Source: Octopus bimaculoides (Eukaryota). Taken from it: DNA of 56,677 nucleotides. The DNA is taken from assembly GCF_001194135.2 (NCBI RefSeq), contig NC_068985.1, forward strand, positions 2,427,625 through 2,484,301, in the 5' to 3' direction. The number at the start of each line of letters is the position of its first letter. The first letter of the stretch is position 1. The position numbers were made by a program, and so were the translations under genes. Positions 1 to 11,399 of the stretch are shown here, piece after piece. The notes beneath the pieces were generated by a model. That model did no database searches. It worked only from the letters and a program-made list of their open reading frames with translations, and was not told the origin of the DNA.

Positions 1-444
1 ATATATACATACATACATACATACATACATATGTATTCATATATATATTTTCATATATACATATGTATTTGTCAATGTTTGTTTTTATAGCAAGGGACAA
101 TAAAAACAACTTTACATTAAACTGAAGGATTACTCACTATTATTTGTATAGAACATAATATATTTTTAGAAGAAAAGTGATGACAGTGACTTCGAAGTTT
201 CAGTTTGCTGGCCTTCATTGAGCTGAAATACTTTTGAATTCATTATTGTTTCATAAGGTCCTGGTAACTTTGTTTTTCCTGGGTTAGTTTGAGTTATTTT
301 TATAATGATTAGGTTATAGGCTAAATTCTGATGGCAAGTTATTGTTGGTTTTAATTGTTTAAAGTTGGAGTTGTGTTATGGTTCAGAGCTCAGCTTCGGG
401 TTTTGGTGTTAGTTTCTTTTTTTTTCTTTTTTCTTTTTTTCTAG

Positions 445-860
445 GATTCACATAATGAGCAGGAAAAAAACTGAGGAATGAACTCTGATAAGTCTTTACC
501 TTCATGAAATCATTGCCAGTTCTCACTTTACTAACTCTCTCTTTATACATAGCCTGCACAGGCATCACAAGCCATTTATCTATTCCTACTTTCCTTAGTG
601 ACCACCAAATAACAAAGTGTGCTACCCTGTCACATGCTTTCTTCAAATCAACAAAAGCCAGAAATAGCGGTTACAAGGAAGATTGCATAAGTGGTACCTT
701 TTCCATGTATGAAACCAAACTGCATCTCATCTGATTCTCTTCTGCCATGAGTCAATTGTGTTTTGACTCACTCCGTGACCTGCATAACCTTATCTAGTAG
801 CTTGATTCCTTTATAGTTAATTCCCTATCTAAGGCAACACCTTTGCCTACAGAGCACTTT
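445..860 (-). mobile_element. Decayed RTE-clade LINE, reverse transcriptase fragment
   Basis: Minus-strand translation gives AFVDLKKACDRVAHFVIWWSLRKVGIDKWLVMPVQAMYKERVSKVR. This matches the RTE RT segment FVDLEKAFDRVPR..IWW.LRK.G..EWLV..VQAMY; stops and frameshifts are present. Confidence 0.85.
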
Positions 861-904
861 ATGATGGGACTCTATGCCAATTACTGAGTATGACTTTTTC
901 GACA

Positions 905-1040
905 GTTCTATATTTCCAGGCGGTGACTTGAATAATAATAATAATAATAATAACAACAACATTGAAAAATACCTTAGGAATGAGAACCCAGATTCGAAAT
1001 TTCCCCCAAAACACCTGATGAAGGCTGGAGGGTATATCAG
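905..1040 (+). mobile_element. Hammerhead-SINE family (family D), copy 1, truncated at both ends
   Basis: Reads ttccaggcggtgacttg-(aat)n-gaaaaataccttaggaatgagaacccag...acacCTGATGAaggctggagggtatatcag. It is preceded by an inverted piece of the family 3' terminus (gttctatatt, 905-914); agtatgac occurs on both sides (887-894, 1039-1046). Confidence 0.85.
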
Positions 1041-1194
1041 TATGACATCATTGGAGTTAAATGCGATTTCTTGCAGTCCAAGAGATTGATATGAAAAAAA
1101 TGGTGAAATATCGAAAAATATTAAAATATTACAATAGATAATAGGTGTTTTTTTAGAAGATTTAGATATTGATACTTGACCATATTAACAGAAA

Positions 1195-1198
1195 AGGT

Positions 1199-1237
<39 letters not shown>

Positions 1238-1640
1238 GAGAGAGTTGGATATTTAAACACTTAGATTCAAATATTAAAAAAATAGAAAGATAAATGGATG
1301 ATGAATGAATTGATGAGGAAATGTTGGAATGAAAGATTGAATGGATGGAGTGAGGGAGGGATGGGTAGATGGACGGCTGGGTGGATGGATGAATGGATGG
1401 ATGGATGGATGGATAGTTAGGCAGACAGACAGACAGACGGGCGGACGGACAGACAGAGAGACAGACAGGTTGATAGATAGAGAAACAGACAAACAGATAG
1501 ATAGATAAATAGATAGATAGACAGACATACAGACAAATAGATAGACAGAGAGACATGCATACACATACATACATACATACATACAGACAGACAGACAAAC
1601 AGGTTGATAGATAGATAGACAGACATAGACAGACTAACTG
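1195..1640. repeat. Compound microsatellite (GA)n/(TGGA)n/(GACA)n/(GATA)n/(CATA)n
   Basis: Directly visible tandem di- and tetranucleotide runs. Confidence 0.95.
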
Positions 1641-2004
1641 AAATATCTAAGTTAAATTAACCAACAATATGCTGTTTGTGTGTTATTTTATTGCTAATCT
1701 TGTAAATCAGCAAGTTGAATATGATTAAGGATTGAAGAAACAGCAGACATGCTTTTATGTATCCAGTTTCTGCCAATAGTTTTTAGTTTTTTAATGAAGA
1801 CTTTGGCTTGGAACTTATTCACAGCATCCATGTTTTCTTTTATGATCTCTATTGATACATTTTCTCCTTATGTTAGTCCGTATTGGAACATGGCACGGAG
1901 TGATGTGAATTGATCCTCACGGAAAGGAATCATTCGTGAGATTCCATGTATCTTACACCATGTGTGCAACTAAATTTCTTATTCATATCTTTTTGTTTTT
2001 TATT

Positions 2005-2345
2005 TGTTTTATTCATGAGACTGCGGCCGTGTTGGCCTTGAAGAAGTTTTGGTCGAATGAATTAGCCTCAGGACTTATTTTTCATTATCTTTAAGCTTGG
2101 TTTTTATTCTATCATTCTTTTTTTGCCAAACTGCTTAGTTACAGGGATGTAAAAATACGTCGACATCAGATGTCAAGTGGGGGTGGGAGACGAACATAGT
2201 CACAAGACACACACACACACACATCACAGGCTTCTTTCATGTTCACAAGGCTATAGTCAACCCAAGAAAACACTTGCTCAAGACGCCACTCAGTGGAACT
2301 GAACCTGGAACCGTGTGATTTGGAAGCAAGCCATGCCTGTATCTA
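2005..2345 (-). mobile_element. tRNA-derived CORE-type SINE (family B), decayed
   Basis: Aligns by eye to the near-full copies at 21426-21845 and 48355-48785. Confidence 0.75.
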
Positions 2346-2959
2346 TGCTGTTTATTTTTATCTATATCATACAAACATTATCTGATTAGCTAATCTGATT
2401 GGTTAACATCTAAGAGTTCATGTTGCTTCTGTGTTGTTGTTCTTCTTCTTTTTGTCTGATAATTATGGTCAAAGAGTGTAACCAGACCAGTTTCTTTCAC
2501 AGTTCTCAATCTGTTCTCCAAAGTATGGCAGGTCAGCATAAGATCCTTTCTGCTTTATTTACTTTTATTTTGCCTTCATATGTCTTCCCTTCCTCGTCAC
2601 TTTCTCTTATCTTTATCCTGGATTGTTTACAGAATCCTGGTATTTATTTATGGGTGGACACAGTAATCACAGTCTTATATAAACAAGTATGAGCTTTATA
2701 GGTTTAGGAAGTGCCACTTGGGTCTGGAAACAGTCCAGACTCACCTCTGCTGTGTCTGGGATGCCTCCAGAACCAAGTGCCCAGTCCAAAATGACACTCA
2801 CCACCTTTCCAACCAAGGATTCACCATAAAAGAAAGACAAGTCTATGTTCACCACATTCATGGAGCTGGCGGTATCTCCACTTATTCTTTAAATATATCT
2901 ATACACATCTGCCTTTGGGTCCCTCCCCCATGGTTTTCTGTAGAGCTTTACTCCCTTAG

Positions 2960-3672
2960 CTTTTGTATCGTCCCAAAATGTAGTAGTATAATGCTCCTAA
3001 GAGCTACATATCTCTTTGATTATGAAGACCATTTCTTTATATGATACTGAACAGATGGCAGCCTGCTCAAGCTGAGACGATCACTCTTCCACACTTTGAC
3101 AACACATTCCAAAAGCTACTCTTTGCTGACGGTACAGCACTTGTTGCTTGCATAGAGTCAGTCCTGCAGCATGTAATCTCTTCCTTTACAGAAGCTAGTG
3201 ATCTCTTTGAATTGAAAGTCAGTTTGACAAAGGCAGACATTCTCCACCGTTCCAAACTTTAAGAAGATTCTTACCCTCTTTGCTTTACCTTCAGTCCACC
3301 ACCCCATTTACATGAAGTGCATCATATTGGTGGATGTGTCAAAATAAAAAAAAAATATGCTTGACAAAAGACTTGTAAAAGCAAAGAGAAAATATTTAAC
3401 AGAGAACAGTCTGGAGCATCCAGCGTGTCAGAGGAAAGATGAGAGATGAGTGTGTAGGGAGACATTATTTCATGCCATTCTTCTTGTACAGCTCTGAGTT
3501 GTTGGTTACCTACAGACTCATCCACAATTCTTTGAATGCTTGCAACCTGCTGCTTCTGCACCATCCTTAGCATCCATTTGAGTAATTTTGCAATCAGCAT
3601 CCAAGTCCTTAAACAGGTACAAGTTACTGGCATCAATGCCATGCTGTCAAAGACATAACTAAAAGAGAGGAT
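2960..3672 (+). mobile_element. Decayed RTE-clade LINE ORF2 fragment (RT core to C-terminus)
   Basis: Translates as I*Y*TDGSLLKLRR, KLLFADGTALVACIESVLQHVISSFTEASDLFELKVSLTKADILH, LYSSELLVTYR and TILSIHLSNFAISIQVLKQVQVTGINAML. These match the RTE motifs IRYRTDG.LFNLRR, LLFADD.AL.A and LLYGSESW..YR. Confidence 0.85.
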
Positions 3673-3692
3673 CATTGCATACTTGAGACCCG

Positions 3693-3812
3693 ACTCTATG
3701 ATTAAACTCTACTCTATGATACCCTACTCTATATTACACTCTATGATAAATTCTATGATAAACTCTATGATAGACCCTACTCTATAGTAGGGTCTATCAT
3801 AAACTCACTATA
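3693..3812. repeat. Degenerate ~10-bp (actctatgat) tandem array containing a perfect 16-bp inverted repeat
   Basis: tatgatagaccctact-ctat-agtagggtctatcata at 3766-3801. Confidence 0.8.
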
Positions 3813-4454
3813 ACAAAGGGGCAGAAAAAAAGGTTTGAAAATGGCTCTGAAGAAATCCCTACTTGCCTGTTACATCAAAACTCTACTATGTGATGTAATT
3901 TCAAGAACTGATGATGCGCCAAGAATTCATGCACAGTTGAGCTTGTGGACAAAAAGAGATGGAGAAAGAATCATGATATAATAGCAGAGTAGCCAGGATA
4001 GAATTTTCCCTGCAATTTCCACAGCCTGGTCAGTCTATTCTGTATTGGCCTGGTTAACTACCAGTATACCTGCAGGTGACATAGATGGCACCTTTCGGAG
4101 ATGTCTTCTTAACTGGCAGGTGTGAATTTCCCATCAATGAGTAATGACCAACTGGACCACTATCTAGGTAATATTGTCCGTAGATGAAGGGATGCCACAA
4201 TGACTGTCATATATCAATGATTGGGTTCTGTTGTACTACAGAGAACCTCACAACAGAGACTCCTCTCCTACACATCCCAGGAGACCACCGTTGCTATCCT
4301 TCCACCCACACACCCCACCCCCAGTTCCACTCATGCACTGTTAATGTCTGGCAAGGGAGATAGCTCCCTCCTTACAAGGTGCCCCAAAAGTAGGTTTTCA
4401 GTAATTCAACTATCTCTTTCACACTCATATATTAACAGCTTAGATCTTCATTAT

Positions 4455-4725
4455 TTACATTATTTACACTATTTACATTATTTACATTTGATGGATATTT
4501 GTCCTCATCTTGTTTGTTGTTAACACATTTCAGCTGATATACCCTCCAACCTTCATCAGGTATCTTGGAGAAATTTCGAACTGGGGTTCTCATTCCTAAG
4601 GTACTTTTCGATGTTATTATTATTATTATTATTTAGGTCACTGCTTGGAATTGAACTTGGAATCTTAGGGTTAGTAGCCTGTGCTCTTAACCACTACACC
4701 ATAATTCCTCATCTCTTAAATATAG
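4455..4725 (-). mobile_element. Hammerhead-SINE family D, copy 2 (with head, inverted terminus and 21-bp TSD)
   Basis: Minus strand reads tggtgtagtggttaagagcacaggctactaac (tRNA-like head), then (aat)n, a degenerate hammerhead and (aatgtaaat)n. The 3' terminus cataattcctcatctcttaaatatagaac lies in the opposite orientation at 4700-4728. Flanks 4434-4454 and 4726-4746 match at 19/21. Confidence 0.9.
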
Positions 4726-5239
4726 AACAGTTTAGATCTTAATTATAAAAAAATATGAAACCATTATTCTATGCTAATTTTGTTAATTGTAAGATAGATA
4801 TTTAAATGTAATAAAATGTTTTAAAAACAATTTAAAGTGCTTATGTGATAACTGTAAACCTGCTTTTGGGCCACCCTGTATATAAAAATCTGGAGAGCAT
4901 CTCAGAATATCACACTTGCATAAAAGTTTGTTCATCAAGTCAAGCCATGATGATGATGAGATGTGTTTGTGTGTGTTGTGTGTATGTATTTTAAGATCTC
5001 AGTTACTTAGGGTTAACCAAGCTTGTGCCCTTGTCTGTGCACGTTCGGTCAAGGCATTTTGTTGAAGACAAACAGTTGTGTCTCTCCACACACCACCAAT
5101 TTGTCCAAGAGAAACACACAATAGGTACAATCTGGCACCAGTGTCATTACAGGTATTTCTGTGAGAATACAAAGAGATGGAACATATATTATAAGACATC
5201 CAATAATCCAACACTGGAGCAATTCCACCAATTTATCTA

Positions 5240-5350
5240 GGAATGATAAAAAGTAAAATTGACCTTAGCTGGGTTTGAACACAGAGTGAAGAGAACTAGA
5301 TCAAATACAACAAAGCATTGTATCCAACACCGTATCCACTCTGCCATATG
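5240..5350 (-). mobile_element. tRNA-derived SINE family C, degenerate fragment
   Basis: aggaatgataaaaagtaaaattgaccttagctgggtttgaacacaga...ctctgcca resembles the copies at 25845 and 36172. Confidence 0.55.
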
Positions 5351-5359
5351 CAATATATG

Positions 5360-5495
5360 TATGCATGTACACACACACACACACACATTATGTGTGTGTG
5401 TGTGTGTGTGTATGAATATTCATGATCAAATCCATTTAAAAGGATCTATATATTTATAGATATGACATGTATGAAATATTATGTATACACTTATC

Positions 5496-5573
<78 letters not shown>

Positions 5574-5747
5574 TGTGCGTGTGAGTGTGTTTGTGTGCAT
5601 GTGTGTACATATATGCATATGTATATACATATATACATATATATGTGTTTGTATGTGTGTATGTGTGTGTGTGTGCACACATACATGCATACATAATATA
5701 ATTATTCATATATATATAAATAATGTATTTATAAGCACCTATGTACA

Positions 5748-5786
<39 letters not shown>

Positions 5787-5790
5787 GTCT
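5360..5790. repeat. (CA)n/(TG)n/(TA)n compound microsatellite
   Basis: Visible dinucleotide runs, which explain the overlapping YIYI/HTHT ORFs. Confidence 0.95.
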
Positions 5791-6700
5791 TTCTGCTTTT
5801 ATATACTGATATTGTTTGACGTTAAACGACGATGATGATGTGTATGTGTATTTTAGCATGTGTGTACTGTTAGTGGTCTTTTTTTCCCTCCATTTTGTTG
5901 TTGTTTTCTACTCCTTCCCCTCCTTTCAACCTGTAAGCATTGGTATTGTTGCTGTGTTATTATGGAATCATATCTTTTGTGTTTGACAATGCAATGTTAA
6001 ATAGAATATTTGCCATGATTTTCTCTGCTGCCGGATCGCATTGAGTTGTCAGTTATAAACCACAGAGAATAAGTCCACAGCATTGAGTCATTGAAAAAAA
6101 TCTTATCAATTCCACATTTATTCAGTGGTTACTTGAGAAACAAACAGCGTGTTTCCGTGCTTCTTTCCTGGCGCTTTGTCCTTGCACTGTTCTCTGGGAA
6201 TGAAGTCTCCTATTACAGCTTCGACTATATTTGTACACTGCCAAAGTAGAGACTATTTATCCAGCTATCCCTTCTTACATGCATATATACATAACTGTGT
6301 GTGTGAGTGTGTGTGTGTGTGTGTGTGTCTGTATGAATGTTTGCATATATGTAGCTAGGTATGTGTTTGCAGACGTCCTTATATATATGTGTGTCTATGC
6401 ATCAGTGTTATGCATCCATTTGTGTGTGTGTGTAAGATAAATTCAAAGAATTAAATAAGAGACACAAACACACACACATCCTGATATCCTGCAAGTCAGC
6501 CATTAAATCTATTCAGCTATCTTACCTTCAGTGATGAAGACGTTAAAACTCCCACTCGTTTAGCCACTTTCACTCTCTCACTCTCGCTCACTCNNNNNNN
6601 NNNNNNNNNNNNNNNNNNNNNNNNNNNNNNNNNNNNNNNNNNNNNNNNNNNNNNNNNNNNNNNNNNNNNNNNNNNNNNNNNNNNNNNNNNNNNNNNNNNN

Positions 6701-6995
6701 CACGCCCTCTCCACCGCCCACTTTCCTTACCAAAGTAGAGACTGTAAATTAATCAGGAATTTATTTCTTACCAAGTCACCCGAGCATGGATTTCATGAAT
6801 GTTTTATGAAGCAAAGACATAGGAGTGTAGATATGCGATGTGACGTGATGGTGTGTGATGGCCAAGAGATGAAAGACTCGGGAAGAGGAGGAGAAGTCAG
6901 CGAGCGGAGGGGCGGGGAAAGGGAAAAATTTGCTGAAGATAGAAAAGTGTAAATGGATTTTATATAAAGAGCACACTGTCTAAGTTGTTGTTGTT
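6701..6995 (+). promoter_or_regulatory. Candidate RNA Pol II promoter (CRE-like site, GC boxes, TATA)
   Basis: Non-repetitive, locally CpG-richer patch with CCGCCC (~6714), TGACGT (6841), GGGGCGGGG (6909-6917) and TATATAAAG (6961-6969) in canonical order for a + strand start near 6990. Confidence 0.4.
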
Positions 6996-7299
6996 GCTGT
7001 TGGTGTTTTTTGTCTTTTTTTTTCTTCTTTTCTTTGCTTGATGTTGTTAAATGCATTTCAAATAAGTGTGTCGTTATATTGCATAGCCTTTTCTTTCTCT
7101 CCGATCTACGATGCCATCCTGTCACAGACATTCTCAGTTCAATATATGACAAAGAAATGTCATTTAATGAGGCGGGAGGCGAAAATATTTTCCTTTTGTC
7201 TTATGGGAGGGGGGACGGTGATGCTTTTTGTTTTCATTTTTGCTAATATTTTGTTTTTTGTTATTTCCATTTTTGATTTTCTTAATGTTTACACACGCT

Positions 7300-7620
7300 A
7301 GTCATCTCTCATTCTCCCCCTTCCTCTCTCTCCATCTTCCTCTCTCTCTGTCTTCCTCTCTCTCTCTTATGCTCTCCCCTTCTCGCTCTTCTTCTCTTCC
7401 CTCCTCTCCTCCTCTCCTTCCCTCTTCCTCCCCATCTCTCTCCCACTCTCTCTTATGTTCTTCCCTTCTCCCTTCTTTCTCCCTCTCTCTCCCTCTCTCT
7501 CTCCATCTCTCTCTCCTTCTCTCTTTCTTACTCTCCTCCTTTCTCTCTTACTCTCTCCCCTCCTCTCTCTTTTATTCTCTCTCCCCTTCTCTCTCTCTCT
7601 TCTTCTCCTTCTTTCTCTCC
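7300..7620. repeat. CT-rich polypyrimidine low-complexity tract
   Basis: About 320 bp of almost pure C/T on the + strand. Confidence 0.95.
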
Positions 7621-7639
7621 AACGAAGCCCAATATACCC

Positions 7640-8132
7640 ATCCTGACTACCCGTCTGATAAGGGTACACCAGGCACATGCATCACAACCATATGTGCGCG
7701 ACATGGTGATCTCATGTCAAGATAAACATTGCATGACCTCGCAGGTGGGGCCCAGTTAGAATTTTCTTGATGTTGAGTAGCCCATCCTGCTCAAAAGGTC
7801 CCTGAATAAGGGTTGTTTAAGGATGTTGAGCAAAACACCCATGTTTCCAAAGGTGAATTATTCAAACCCCAAAGAATTCCTCTCAACACATGGTTATGAT
7901 GCTCCCCCACTACTTCTGCTGGTGATCAGAGATGCACATATTGTCAGCCACCAAGGGACATGTTCAACTGGTTAAGGTCAAATAACTGACAAGCAAATCT
8001 GTGGTATTGAGCAGAATATTTGCTGTAGCCCATCTTTTTATACCAAGACAAAATAATGTACATGATAACGCTTCCAGTCAGTTAAGATGAAAAGCCATGA
8101 GAGCTACTGCCTGGTACTACATCAGGGCATTT
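7640..8132. mobile_element. Probable interspersed repeat of unknown class abutting a (TTA)n run
   Basis: Single copy in the window. It ends sharply at gggcatttattattatt next to the Dong/R4 cluster and encodes no recognisable protein. Confidence 0.35.
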
Positions 8133-8149
8133 ATTATTATTATTATTAT

Positions 8150-8630
8150 TGATTTGGTTCGGGTCTGTTCTTTTCCCTGGTAGAACTTATGTGGGTGGCA
8201 GGTATCCATAAGCTTTCAGTAGTCTTTCAAGTGCTTAGAACCCTCCTGATAATATTTCCTGTACCTAAGAGGCAAACTTTCTGTAGAAGCTCTACAAGAC
8301 ATTGTATTCCAATCACCTTCAACATCATCATCATCATCGTTTAACATCCGCTTTCCATGCTGGCATGGGTTGGACAGTTCGACTGAGGGCCGGCAAACCA
8401 GACGGCTGCACCAGTCTTCAATCTGATGTGGCAGAGTTTCTACAGCTGGATGCCCTTCCTAACACCAACCGCTCCGATAATGTAGTGGGTGCTTTTACAT
8501 GCCACTGGCATGAGGGCCAGTCAAGCAGTACTGGCATCGGCCACCCAATGCACCAATTATTATAGGCACAAACTTTACACTTTTCATATTCCAAATTCTT
8601 GTAATTTCAAATTTTAGGACATAGTATTTT
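8150..8630 (-). mobile_element. R4/Dong-clade LINE 3' fragment, interrupted by a family A insertion
   Basis: LKFEITRIWNMKSVKFVPIIIGALG (8549-8630), then after the SINE LKVIGIQCLVELLQKVCLLGTGNIIRRVLST* (8230-8322). This is the restriction-like endonuclease C-terminus; the tail runs into (TAA)n. Confidence 0.85.
8323..8544 (-). mobile_element. RTE-related SINE-like repeat (family A)
   Basis: Contains the aggaagggcatccagctgtagaaac core and a (gat)n tail; about 13 copies in the window. Confidence 0.9.
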
Positions 8631-8651
8631 AATTTTAATTTTAAAAGAGGG

Positions 8652-8686
<35 letters not shown>

Positions 8687-8719
8687 CATCATCATTTTAA
8701 TCTTCATATTTGATGCAAT

Positions 8720-9115
8720 CACTTACTAGAACACACCCAACACCCTGGGGCAAGTGAAGGTTAAGAGATGTTGAGATATAACTGAAAGCTTTGAGAGAAG
8801 TGCAGAAAGCAGAACAGAAATACATTCATATAATCCAATACAAACATTTAAATTGATAGAATTTTTCTAAGGACGTGGGTGGTACTTGTCAACACAATGT
8901 TTTGGACAACTCTGAGATATGGTTCTCCTAGGATGTTGTCTAGATGTTTCTGACACCTCTTTTCATCATACCTAGGTCAGCCACAATAAAAGGAACAGTT
9001 TTTGCTTTAAGATGTCACATCTTTTGTATTTCACTTTCCAGGTTGTTATATTTACTAAGTTTGTCAAATTCTTTTACAGGTATATTTTTATCAGTGGCAG
9101 CACTTATATCTATTA
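8720..9115 (-). mobile_element. R4/Dong-clade LINE 3' fragment
   Basis: IDISAATDKNIPVKEFDKLSKYNNLESEIQK..HLKAKTVPFIVADLGMMK and LRVVQNIVLTSTTHVLRKILSI; flanked by (TTA)n. Confidence 0.85.
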
Positions 9116-9131
9116 TTATTATTATTATTAT

Positions 9132-9439
9132 TATTCAGTAGTTTTATTTTTATAATCTGCTTTCACTTCACTACCGAGCGCAGCTCTGTGCACCTTGGGT
9201 ATGTGCTGTGGTTTGCTGTGGTGCTCTTATGTTTACTGTATTGAAAGTGTTTTGCGTAGGATGTGTGCAGTACCCAGTAGTGCAATTTTCTGTATGTTAT
9301 ATATATTTGTAAGTCCTGCTATTTTTGTTATGTATTTGTCTGAATATTTTTTTATTATACCTAAGGCACCTACTATGATAGGAATTGTTTCTGTTTTTAG
9401 ATTCCACATTCGAGTTATCTCTATTTCCAGGTCTTTGTA
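9132..9439 (-). mobile_element. R4/Dong-clade LINE 3' fragment
   Basis: YKDLEIEITRMWNLKTETIPIIVGALGIIKKYSDKYITKIAGLTNIYNIQKIALLGTAHILRKTLSIQ*; runs into an N gap. Confidence 0.9.
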
Positions 9440-9886
9440 NNNNNNNNNNNNNNNNNNNNNNNNNNNNNNNNNNNNNNNNNNNNNNNNNNNNNNNNNNNNN
9501 NNNNNNNNNNNNNNNNNNNNNNNNNNNNNNNNNNNNNNNNNNNNNNNNNNNNNNNNNNNNNNNNNNNNNNNNNNNNNNNNNNNNNNNNNNNNNNNNNNNN
9601 NNNNNNNNNNNNNNNNNNNNNNNNNNNNNNNNNNNNNNNNNNNNNNNNNNNNNNNNNNNNNNNNNNNNNNNNNNNNNNNNNNNNNNNNNNNNNNNNNNNN
9701 NNNNNNNNNNNNNNNNNNNNNNNNNNNNNNNNNNNNNNNNNNNNNNNNNNNNNNNNNNNNNNNNNNNNNNNNNNNNNNNNNNNNNNNNNNNNNNNNNNNN
9801 NNNNNNNNNNNNNNNNNNNNNNNNNNNNNNNNNNNNNNNNNNNNNNNNNNNNNNNNNNNNNNNNNNNNNNTCTAGTTTTAGTTTGG

Positions 9887-9929
<43 letters not shown>

Positions 9930-10796
9930 ATTATTATTATTATTATTACTATAACTATTATTATTAATATCATCATCATCATCATCATCATCCTAAAGAA
10001 GATAGAAACAGTATAACACTAATCTAGAGAAGGAGAGAAAGTAAGAGACAGACTTCAGCAACAAGAACACTACCTCTGTCCCCCCACCCTTCATTCGCTC
10101 TGTTCTCAGTTAGTTGTAGTATTGTGTGGAATGGTAATCAGACTAGCAGCACCATATTGCCCACCATAATTTTCCATTTTCTTTGATGACCGTTTAATTT
10201 CACTGCAAATTTACTCTCAAGTAATTCTCTTCCTCTCTGGAATGATTATATTTATCTGATTTTCTCCATTGTATTGATACAAAATGGATATTTTGTTATT
10301 TGATGTTCTTCATATTGGCAGATAAGAAAAATATAACTATGGCAGCAATTAGATATTGCTTGCAAATATTGTGTATTTCATCTCTACTTTTGATATGTAT
10401 TATTACCATTGGACAACAATCACTAGAATCAGGCACAAAATGACTCCTCACATCATGAGTTCAAATTCCACTGAGGTTGCTTTCACTTTTAATCTCTCAT
10501 TCTCTTATTCCTTTAACTTGTTTCAGTCACTGGACTGCGACCATGCTGGGGCACTGCCTTGAAGAATTTTAGTCAAACTAATCAACCCCGATTTTCATTT
10601 TTTTTTTTAAGTTTGGTGGCGGTGACGACAGTGGCAGCGGCGAAGAGGAGGAGGAGGGGGAAGAGGGGTGAGAGGGAGAGGAGGAGGACAATGACAATTT
10701 TGACGATGATGATGATGGTTCTTCCATTGTTTTCAGGTGCTATACTGCTTCCTAAATTGTGAGAGACAGAAAGACTGTTGTGAGCAGAAGTCAGAT

Positions 10797-11386
10797 GAAT
10801 GCATACCTGATTCTAGATAAATGCTTAGCTAGTCCTAGATTAATGCTTACCTGATTCTGGATTAATGCTTACCTGATCCTAGATTAATCCTTACCTGATC
10901 CTAGATTAATGCTTACCTGATTCTAGATTAATGCTTACCTGGTCCTAGATTAATGCTTGCTTGATCCCAGATTGATGCTTACCTGATCCTAGACTGATGC
11001 TTACTTTATTCTAGATTAATGCTTACATGACTCTAGATTAAAGCTAACTGACTGCAGATTAATGCTTACCTGATCCTAGATTAATGCTTACATGATCCTA
11101 GATTAAAGCTCACCTGATCCTAGATTAGTGCTCACCTGACACTAGATTAATCCTTACCTGATCCTAGATTAATGCTCACCTGACCCTAGATTAATCCTTA
11201 CCTGACCCTAGAATAATGCTTACCTGATCCTAGATTAATGCTTACCTGACCCTAGAATAATGCTTACCTGATCCTAGATTAATGCTTACCTGATCCTAGA
11301 TTAATGCTCACCTGATCCTAGATTAATGCTCACCTGACTCAAGATTAATGCTTAGCTGAACCTAAATTAAGACTTACCTGATCCTA
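10797..11386. repeat. 22-bp minisatellite (cctagattaatgcttacctgat), ~27 copies
   Basis: Regular 22-bp periodicity with scattered point variants. Confidence 0.95.
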
Positions 11387-11399
11387 GTGGAGTGCACCT

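Noticed and set aside
6594-6700. ORFs spanning N runs (also 9440-9870, 30749-30980, 34860-35196, 51701-51800)
   Set aside because: They are open only because of assembly gaps.
10797-11386. CRISPR-like or telomeric array
   Set aside because: Head-to-tail units have no spacers or TTAGGG-type motif, and the context is eukaryotic.
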